Shown here in pieces: positions 18,066 to 23,874 of a DNA stretch of 24,000 nucleotides. Both the position numbers and the translations under genes were made by a program. The DNA is from Desulfobotulus sp. GTDB taxonomy: Bacteria > Desulfobacterota > Desulfobacteria > Desulfobacterales > ASO4-4. The notes under the pieces were generated by a model. That model was not told the DNA's origin. It worked only from the letters and a program-made list of their open reading frames with translations, and ran no database searches. Numbering within the stretch: position 1 is the stretch's first letter; every line of letters starts with the position of its first letter. Location: assembly GCF_034006065.1 (NCBI RefSeq), contig NZ_JAVETM010000001.1:293147-317146 (forward strand). Reading direction: 5' to 3'.

Positions 18066-18119
18066 CCATGTGTGGCGCTGAAGAACCCCCTATTGCCGGG
18101 GCTTCAGCGCCACACATGG
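18066..18119. repeat. Perfect 18-bp inverted repeat (long hairpin or palindromic operator)
   Basis: CCATGTGTGGCGCTGAAG (18066-18083) is the exact reverse complement of CTTCAGCGCCACACATGG (18102-18119). Inside the 18-nt loop, CCCC/GGGG can add 4 more pairs. No U-tract follows on either strand. Confidence 0.8.
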
Positions 18120-18145
18120 AGGTAAAGGGGTCGTCGAAGCGATGC

Positions 18146-18207
18146 GCCAAACCATGGGCAACCATGGGACGGAAAGCCACGGGTCCCACAGGGACAGCCG
18201 GGCCGCC
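18146..18207 (+). promoter_or_regulatory. GEMM-I-like riboswitch aptamer, tandem unit R1
   Basis: GCCAAAC-CATGG-GCAA-CCATG-GGACGGAAAGCC-ACGG-[GTCCC-aca-GGGAC]-AGCCGGGCCGCC. It has a GNRA loop (GCAA) and is nearly identical to R4. Confidence 0.75.
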
Positions 18208-18218
18208 TCAATCCTCAA

Positions 18219-18290
18219 GCCAAACCGGAGGTAACTCCGGGACGGAAAGCCACGGATCCAGAACTTTACATCTGGACAGCCGGGTTGCAC
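18219..18290 (+). promoter_or_regulatory. GEMM-I-like riboswitch aptamer, tandem unit R2
   Basis: GCCAAAC-CGGAG-GTAA-CTCCG-GGACGGAAAGCC-ACGG-[ATCCAGA-actttaca-TCTGGAC]-AGCCGGGTTGCA. Both stems differ from R1 by compensatory changes. Confidence 0.75.
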
Positions 18291-18294
18291 CAAA

Positions 18295-18360
18295 GCCAAA
18301 CCGGGGGTAACCCCGGGACGGAAAGTCACGGATCCGCATGGTGCGGATGGCCGGGCCGCC
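18295..18360 (+). promoter_or_regulatory. GEMM-I-like riboswitch aptamer, tandem unit R3
   Basis: GCCAAAC-CGGGG-GTAA-CCCCG-GGACGGAAAGTC-ACGG-[ATCCGCA-tgg-TGCGGAT]-GGCCGGGCCGCC. It has its own second-hairpin sequence and is followed by a separate hairpin at 18360-18378. Confidence 0.7.
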
Positions 18361-18378
18361 TGCCGGAATTTCCGGCAG
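18360..18378 (+). promoter_or_regulatory. Hairpin immediately 3' of aptamer R3 (possible internal expression platform)
   Basis: CTGCCGG-aattt-CCGGCAG is a perfect 7-bp stem. Its left arm starts at the last nucleotide of R3, and it is followed by ATTTCA, which is not a convincing U-tract. Confidence 0.4.
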
Positions 18379-18384
18379 ATTTCA

Positions 18385-18446
18385 GCCAAACCATGGGCAA
18401 CCATGGGACGGAAAGCCACGGGTCCCACAGGGACAGCCGGGCCGCC
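18385..18446 (+). promoter_or_regulatory. GEMM-I-like riboswitch aptamer, tandem unit R4 (copy of R1)
   Basis: It has the same 62-nt sequence as R1 as far as I can align by eye and lies 239 nt downstream of R1. Confidence 0.75.
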
Positions 18447-18456
18447 TCCTTCTCAA

Positions 18457-18527
18457 GCCAAACCGGGGGTAACTCCGGGACGGAAAGCCACGGGTCCAGA
18501 ACTTTACATCTGGACAGCCGGGTTGCC
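18457..18527 (+). promoter_or_regulatory. GEMM-I-like riboswitch aptamer, tandem unit R5 (copy of R2)
   Basis: GCCAAAC-CGGGG-GTAA-CTCCG-GGACGGAAAGCC-ACGG-[GTCCAGA-actttaca-TCTGGAC]-AGCCGGGTTGCC. It differs from R2 at two stem positions. Its end lies 10 nt before the SD AAAGGAG and 23 nt before ATG 18551. Confidence 0.75.
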
Positions 18528-18550
18528 TGTAGTACAGAAAGGAGTCTTCC

Positions 18551-19021
18551 ATGAGCAAGCTTCGTTTCCTCCTGGTTTTCTGCACCATGACGGCAATCAC
18601 CCTGTCCACGGCCTCTGCCGGACTGATTGCCATGACAGAAACCGAAATGCATCATGTGACCGCCCAGGCTGGTGTTTTCATCGATGTGGACAAGGTCCGC
18701 TTTGATTCCGAAATGAAAACCCTTAGTTACGGCAGCGATGCCACCGGATGGATCAGCCTCAATGACGTGAGGATTTCCACCTTCGTCAACAGCGGCAAAC
18801 CCATTGAGGTGGGCATGGTTACCGAATACAACCCCTACGAGGGCCGTACCATGGAAATGATGAAAATCGACTTTACGGATGTGGAAATCCGCATGGACGA
18901 ACTTCTCATCGGCTCCATCCGCGTGGGTCCCCGTCCGGGGGAAGGGCCAAGCTTCGGGAGCATCGGCATCACCGGGTTTCACGCAAACATGTCAGGGAAC
19001 GTGCGCATATGGACCCGCTGA
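18551..19021 (+). CDS. Small secreted protein, TGQAG-motif family paralog 4 (156 aa)
   Basis: AAAGGAG lies 6-7 nt upstream. Signal peptide MSKLRFLLVFCTMTAITLSTASA is followed by GLIAMTETEMHHVTAQAGVFIDVD, with the motif at residues 28-39. Its C-terminus (...GFHANMSGNVRIWTR) resembles that of paralog 1 (...GNATMAILGGRLEIAPH). Confidence 0.85.
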   Translation: MSKLRFLLVFCTMTAITLSTASAGLIAMTETEMHHVTAQAGVFIDVDKVRFDSEMKTLSYGSDATGWISLNDVRISTFVNSGKPIEVGMVTEYNPYEGRTMEMMKIDFTDVEIRMDELLIGSIRVGPRPGEGPSFGSIGITGFHANMSGNVRIWTR

Positions 19022-19197
19022 GGTTCTGTGCCTGGACGCACCCCTTTACCTCCTCCTTTTTCCCCATGTCAGAAGTGCTGGAAATACCAAAGTACCGCAT
19101 CCTTTCCATGCCATTCCAACCCTTCTCCCTTTCCCGATCTGACCCATAACCCCTTTTTAGGCGGCACCCCATGCCCCGGAAACCGCAGGATTGTCCC

Positions 19198-20061
19198 ATG
19201 CAACCCGCTTTTATCTTGATTTTGTTGCTTTTTCCATTTTGGTTTTCCCCTGTTTCGGCCCAGGCCGCGCCCTTCCTTGCGCCCGGTCAGATCACCGGAA
19301 CAGCCGGGCCCGCGGATCCGCCGGAACAAGGGCTTGCAAAGGGCATGGTCAGCCTTTCCCTCTTTACCCAGAAAAATGAATCGCCCCTGGGAAGGGAACG
19401 TTTTGCATGGATAGATCCGGAGGATGAAAACCAGGAAGAACGCCACAGAGCACGAAAATGGCGCTCCATCTATGACATGCAGGGTCTGAGCCTGAGGGGT
19501 GCCTATGCCTTTTCTGCAGTCTCCGCCTATTTCCTGGTTGGGATGGCGCAAACGGACATCACCTTTTCCTACAGGGATGAAACCAGAAAATATCAGTCTT
19601 CCAGCGCTTTTTATGACGAAAGCACCCGCTTCCGGGATGAAAGCCATCTTTTTTTCGGTGGTGGTCTCACCGCAGCCATGGCCCGCTGGCAACCCAATCC
19701 CGATACACGCATCGCCCTGGATGCGGATCTTTCTTATCGCTACCACGCCTTAAACCCCGAAGACCAGAACAGTCGAAGCTGGAGTTCTGTACTCCACGAA
19801 ATCCAAGGAGCCATGACCTTAGGCCTCATGATGGAAAAATGGACACCCTTCACAGGCCTTCGCATCAGCCACATCAGCGGCCAAATGACCTATGAGGACA
19901 AAAAAGAGGGGATCAGGGTCAGCAAAAGCATTGAGGCGGGAAAGGATATTGGCTATACCTTCGGCATTCGCTACCGCGCCCTGCCCTGGCTGGATCTGAC
20001 CCTTGCCTCCCGCTACGGGGATGAAAGCGGATATCACCTGGAATGCGCCTTTGTTTTCTGA
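19198..20061 (+). CDS. Small outer-membrane beta-barrel protein (about 287 aa)
   Basis: AGGA lies 7 nt before ATG 19198; the alternative ATG 19171 has a poorer SD. Signal peptide MQPAFILILLLFPFWFSPVSAQA, alternating-strand pattern, and a C-terminus of ...GYHLECAFVF with terminal Phe. Confidence 0.7.
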   Translation: MQPAFILILLLFPFWFSPVSAQAAPFLAPGQITGTAGPADPPEQGLAKGMVSLSLFTQKNESPLGRERFAWIDPEDENQEERHRARKWRSIYDMQGLSLRGAYAFSAVSAYFLVGMAQTDITFSYRDETRKYQSSSAFYDESTRFRDESHLFFGGGLTAAMARWQPNPDTRIALDADLSYRYHALNPEDQNSRSWSSVLHEIQGAMTLGLMMEKWTPFTGLRISHISGQMTYEDKKEGIRVSKSIEAGKDIGYTFGIRYRALPWLDLTLASRYGDESGYHLECAFVF

Positions 20062-20086
20062 CTGTCCCCAAAGGAGAATCCCAACC

Positions 20087-22237
20087 ATGCAAACTCTTTC
20101 CGGCAAAATACGGTATTTATCCGGATTTCTGCTGATTTTCTGTTTCTGCACCGGCGCCTTTGCCCAGGCAAAGATCAGCGGAGTGCTGCGCTGGCCAGGC
20201 AGCAGCATACGATCGGTCACAGGCAACAGCGACCATCTCATTCACACCCATGGCAATCTTCTACGGATATTTCAGAGAACGGATGACACGCTTCTTGCCG
20301 CCGTCCCCATCGCCCTTCAGGAAGGCCTGCGCGGCCTTGCCCATGCGCCGGATCAGAATCGTATTTACCTGGCCTGTGGCACGGATGGTCTGCGCATCCT
20401 CAACCTTGAAAATCCCACACACCCTGTGGTGACAGCCTACGACATCAATCCGCAAAATGCCGGAAAAAAAGACGCAAGTGGCCGGTATATCGCCCATACC
20501 TTTGCCCCCATGGGCCTCTTTTACCTGGAAAAACGCCTCTATGTGGCGGATTTCATGTATGGCCTCCGGGTTTTTGATGTCAGCATTCCCGAAGAGCCGA
20601 AGGAAATCGCAGCATATCGCCAGGGCACTGGGGATGCATCCGGCGGTTATCTCCAGGTTTTTGTGCACCGGGAAGCAGGACGGACCCTGATCTCGGTTCT
20701 GGATAAATACCACGGCCTCCACCTTTTCGATGCAGCGGACCAGCAGGCCGGAGACGCTGAAAAAAAATGGACGCCCGCAGCTAGCTTTGATATGCGTTCC
20801 AAAACCTATTATGGTCAGATTTCCCTGGTCACTGGCCTCTTTGCAGAAGGTCCCAGGGTTTTTGTAACAGACGAGGAAAACGGGCTGACCATCCTCCACC
20901 TTTTCAATGAATCCCAGCAGAGGGACTCTTTAAAAATTGTCAAGGAGGGCCAGTGTAAAACCCCTGGAAAGGCCATGGACCTTGTTGTGGATACCCATCT
21001 TCAGCGGGCTTTCATCGCAGACACGGAAAAAGGCCTTTCCGTTGTGGGTCTTGAATCCCTCTTTGACAATGATCCCGCAACCCGTGTGCAGGACAGCGAC
21101 TTCAAAGGCGCAGAAAGCCGCGCGGATGATCTCGGGGGCAGCCACAGCCTCTGGAAAGATCCCATGGAAAATGCCCTCTACCTTGCTTCCTATGCCAAAG
21201 ATCTCAGTCGTATCCGTCTCGGGTCGCCGCAGATAGAAAAAACCTTTCCGCCAGCTCTGGATTTTCGCCAGATCCAACGGCAAGGATCCACCCTCATCCT
21301 TTCGGACCACGGTCATTTAAGGGGGTTTCGCGTCATGGACATCACCCATATGCTTGAGCCAGATTCCGATGCAGCCTATTTTCCAAGGCAACTGGCGGAA
21401 AAAGGAACCCAGGCCCCGGCCCAGGCTCTCCGGGTTTCCGGAAACCGCCTTTTCACCGCAGAAGGGCCAAAGGGCCTGGGCGTCTATGATCTCACGGATC
21501 CGGCTGCGCCCCTTTTTCTTGCCCAGATTACAGCCCAGGAAATTCCGGGGCTTGACGATGTGCGGGATGTGGTCATCCGCGATGCCCTCGCTTTCTGCCT
21601 CATTCAGGGAAAGGGGATTGCGGTTCTTGATCTGGCCAATCCCGCTCAGCCTGTGCAGAAAAACCTGATTTCCGAGTACGACCAGGCCGTGGGACTTTTT
21701 CTGGATGCCAGCACCCTCTGGATCGCAGACAGACAAAAGGGACTTGTCGCCCTTTCCGTTACCCATCCTGAAACGCCCGAAAAAATCCGTAGCCTGGCCC
21801 TCACAGCCCCCCAAGCTCTCTGGGCGGATGAAACGCGGGTTCTTGTGGCCGAAGGACCCCATGGGCTTTTTGTTTATGAAAAAACAAGCGGCCTTTCTTC
21901 CCAGGTGGCCCTGAAGGACGGGGCCGAAGCTGCCCATGTTTTTGGCCTGAATCATTTTGCCTTTGTGTCCTGTGGGCAAAAGGGCGTGCAGATGATCGAC
22001 CTCACAGCCTCCCAAGGTCCTGAGACCGTAGCCTCGCTGGACAGCTATGGAAAAACCCTTGCTGGCTTAGGGCTCAACCAGGATCTGTACATGGCGGAAG
22101 CCACAGGTGGGCTTGCGGTTTTGCGCTTTGTACTCGGAGACGAAGCCTCCCCAGCCCCCCTGCCCAGCATCCGGACCAGTTCATCTTCCTGCTTTCTGGA
22201 CAGCCTGATTCATGGGAAAAAGGGGATCCGGCCATGA
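20087..22237 (+). CDS. LVIVD-repeat beta-propeller protein, secreted (716 aa)
   Basis: AGGAG lies about 10 nt upstream of ATG 20087. Signal peptide MQTLSGKIRYLSGFLLIFCFCTGAFAQA. LVIVD-type units recur: LYVADFMYGLRVFDVSIPEEPKEI, AFIADTEKGLSVVGL, LFTAEGPKGLGVYDLTDPAAP, AFCLIQGKGIAVLDLANPAQP, LWIADRQKGLVALSVTHPETPEKI, VLVAEGPHGLFVYE, AFVSCGQKGVQMIDLT, LYMAEATGGLAVLRF. Confidence 0.8.
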   Translation: MQTLSGKIRYLSGFLLIFCFCTGAFAQAKISGVLRWPGSSIRSVTGNSDHLIHTHGNLLRIFQRTDDTLLAAVPIALQEGLRGLAHAPDQNRIYLACGTDGLRILNLENPTHPVVTAYDINPQNAGKKDASGRYIAHTFAPMGLFYLEKRLYVADFMYGLRVFDVSIPEEPKEIAAYRQGTGDASGGYLQVFVHREAGRTLISVLDKYHGLHLFDAADQQAGDAEKKWTPAASFDMRSKTYYGQISLVTGLFAEGPRVFVTDEENGLTILHLFNESQQRDSLKIVKEGQCKTPGKAMDLVVDTHLQRAFIADTEKGLSVVGLESLFDNDPATRVQDSDFKGAESRADDLGGSHSLWKDPMENALYLASYAKDLSRIRLGSPQIEKTFPPALDFRQIQRQGSTLILSDHGHLRGFRVMDITHMLEPDSDAAYFPRQLAEKGTQAPAQALRVSGNRLFTAEGPKGLGVYDLTDPAAPLFLAQITAQEIPGLDDVRDVVIRDALAFCLIQGKGIAVLDLANPAQPVQKNLISEYDQAVGLFLDASTLWIADRQKGLVALSVTHPETPEKIRSLALTAPQALWADETRVLVAEGPHGLFVYEKTSGLSSQVALKDGAEAAHVFGLNHFAFVSCGQKGVQMIDLTASQGPETVASLDSYGKTLAGLGLNQDLYMAEATGGLAVLRFVLGDEASPAPLPSIRTSSSSCFLDSLIHGKKGIRP

Positions 22238-23862
22238 AAAAACGCTACCTTCTTCCAGGGATTCTGGGACTTGCCCTCATTGCCCTTTTCGCCATAATCC
22301 CCTTTCTCAAGGCAGAAAAAGAAACCTCTCCCTTGCTGCTGACTGCGGATGCCCAGTATCTTTCTCCTCCCCAGCCTAAGGTTTTTCTGATCGAACCAGT
22401 CCCAGCACCCGCGCCTCTGCCCACGGAGATCCTGCTTTCCCATGAAGAAAACCAAAGGCTCGCCGCACAGGAAGCCCTGGATTCCCAGCAGGGGGAAAGT
22501 CTTCCCACGGAAGCCCTTTTTTCTGCCCCTGAAAACCTTGACAGCAAACCAGAGCCATCATTGCCCCCTGTTTCCCATGCTGCGGATGCAGCCGGGGTCC
22601 CCAAAGACAGGAACACAGCAACCAACCTTTTACGCGGCATTGATATTCAGACGGAATCCAGAGATATTCGGGTGCAGGTTCTTGCGGAAAAGAGTTTTCA
22701 CCGGATCCGGGCCTTTACCCTCCAAAACCCCGCACGCCTGGTCCTGGATATCTGGGATCTGCAATCGCCCTTTACCACGGAACAACGTCAGACAGCCAGC
22801 GCTCCCATCCTTCAGATCCGACACTTTGCCCACCCAGACCGGGTTCGCCTGGTCCTTGATATGGAAGAAGACTGGTCCGGCCATTACTCCACCCAAAGCC
22901 TGGAAAAGGGTCTTGAAATTCGTCTGGGCAAGGATCCAGCCCAGGATTCTCCGGAAACCCTCCCCCAAGAAAGGGAAACCTCAGTCTCCGTTCTTCCGCC
23001 CCAAAGCCCTGTCCCTCTCCCAGGGGAAATCCAAAGCAAAATGATTTCTGCGCCCACAGCCCCTTCCGAAGAAGCAGACAGGATTTTCAGCGAAAAAAAA
23101 AGCACGCGTGAGCCTCTTTTTGACGAAAAAATCGAAGAGTCCAGCCTGGAAGAAAAGGATACCGCAGAAAGGGAAAATGAATCCCAAGATTTTTCCGAAC
23201 CTGAAAGTCCCCAGATTTCAGAAAAAGAACGGGAAAGGGATCAGATCCAGAAACGCCTCGCCCTTCTTCTGGCTCAGGAATTCTGGCTGGAACCCAGGGA
23301 TCTTCTCATGCGCATCCAGGCCCTGGGATCCGAGGGGAAAACCGCCTTACCCATTATCCTGGAAGTTCTTGAGAAAAAAAACCATCCCTACGCCCAATAC
23401 CGGTTCACCCAGATTGCGGCCATGGAGGCCCTCGCAGCCATTCAACCGGAGCCCCAGGAGGTGGAAGCCCTGCTCGCTTCCTATCTTTCCGAGCGTCATT
23501 TCATGCTGCGTAAAACAGCGGTCAGGACCCTGGGGCTGATCGGGGCCCAAGGTGATCTCGCCTACCAGGCCCTGTGTCAGGCCGCGAAATCAGATCCTTC
23601 GGCTCCCGTCCGGGAAGCGGCAAGCACAGCACTGGGACGGACGGGCGGAGCTCTCCGGGAAGAAGGTTTTCAGGTATTGCTGGAAAGATGCAAAGACAAA
23701 AGCAGCCATGTACGCCTTGCCGCAGTACGGGTACTCTCCGGGGTTCGGGAAAAACGCCCCGAAGCCTCCCAGGCTCTGAATCAGGCCAGAGAAGATCTCA
23801 ATGAAAAGGTACGCCACCTCGCGGTTCTGGCGCTCGAAGAGGACAGGGTTTCCCGACAGTGA
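22234..23862 (+). CDS. Membrane-anchored AMIN-domain protein with an acidic linker and C-terminal HEAT-like repeats
   Basis: ATGA overlap with the upstream stop. N-terminal anchor LLPGILGLALIALFAIIPFL. AMIN-like block (IRVQVLAEKSFHRIRAFTLQNPARLVLDIWDL...ILQIRHFAHPDRVRLVLDM...LEIRLG), then an E/S/P-rich linker, then repeated ...VR.AA..ALG... helices (VREAASTALGRTG, VRLAAVRVLSGV, VRHLAVLALEE). Confidence 0.75.
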   Translation: MKKRYLLPGILGLALIALFAIIPFLKAEKETSPLLLTADAQYLSPPQPKVFLIEPVPAPAPLPTEILLSHEENQRLAAQEALDSQQGESLPTEALFSAPENLDSKPEPSLPPVSHAADAAGVPKDRNTATNLLRGIDIQTESRDIRVQVLAEKSFHRIRAFTLQNPARLVLDIWDLQSPFTTEQRQTASAPILQIRHFAHPDRVRLVLDMEEDWSGHYSTQSLEKGLEIRLGKDPAQDSPETLPQERETSVSVLPPQSPVPLPGEIQSKMISAPTAPSEEADRIFSEKKSTREPLFDEKIEESSLEEKDTAERENESQDFSEPESPQISEKERERDQIQKRLALLLAQEFWLEPRDLLMRIQALGSEGKTALPIILEVLEKKNHPYAQYRFTQIAAMEALAAIQPEPQEVEALLASYLSERHFMLRKTAVRTLGLIGAQGDLAYQALCQAAKSDPSAPVREAASTALGRTGGALREEGFQVLLERCKDKSSHVRLAAVRVLSGVREKRPEASQALNQAREDLNEKVRHLAVLALEEDRVSRQ

Positions 23863-23874
23863 GCTGCGAAAAAC

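Larger units (their letters stand above)
18146..18527 (+). repeat. Segmental direct duplication within the riboswitch array (R1-R2 block repeated as R4-R5, period about 238-239 bp)
   Basis: 18146-18290 and 18385-18527 align almost base for base. The differences are confined to the short R1/R2 linker (tcaatcctcaa versus tccttctcaa) and two single-base changes in R2/R5. Confidence 0.85.

Noticed and set aside
18146-18527. Possible CRISPR array, given regularly spaced direct repeats
   Set aside because: The units are about 62-72 nt, internally structured and contiguous, with linkers of 4-24 nt rather than unique spacers of about 30-40 nt. The repeat sequences differ from each other by compensatory changes. 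No cas genes are present.
17987-18705. ORFs running through the aptamer array (17987-18310 +, 18285-18554 +, 18403-18705 +, and 18326-18982, 18090-18428 and 18382-18633 on the minus strand), with repeated peptides such as GRKATGPTGTAGPP and WDPWLSVPWLPMVW
   Set aside because: The peptide repeats are a by-product of the repeated RNA units. The substitutions between units preserve base pairing rather than codons, there are no SD sequences, and several of these ORFs overlap each other and the well-supported gene at 18551.
2966-20086. N-terminal extensions offered by the ORF track (2966, 4290, 5156, 7222, 9578, 14439, 19171, 20003)
   Set aside because: In each case an internal ATG is preceded by a better SD and begins a proper signal peptide or conserved N-terminus. 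The extensions overlap upstream genes, promoters or the riboswitch and read as low-complexity sequence.
254-22015. Long antisense or out-of-frame ORFs: 254-829 -, 1656-2825 +, 4272-5150 -, 5057-5932 -, 6047-6628 -, 6396-6995 -, 8019-8966 -, 8254-8979 -, 10463-11212 -, 12661-13590 -, 17039-17965 -, 19069-19746 -, 20261-20899 -, 21317-22015 -
   Set aside because: Each lies fully inside a gene on the other strand or frame that has clear family signatures. Their translations are G/R/H/P-rich low-complexity sequence typical of shadow ORFs in GC-rich coding DNA.
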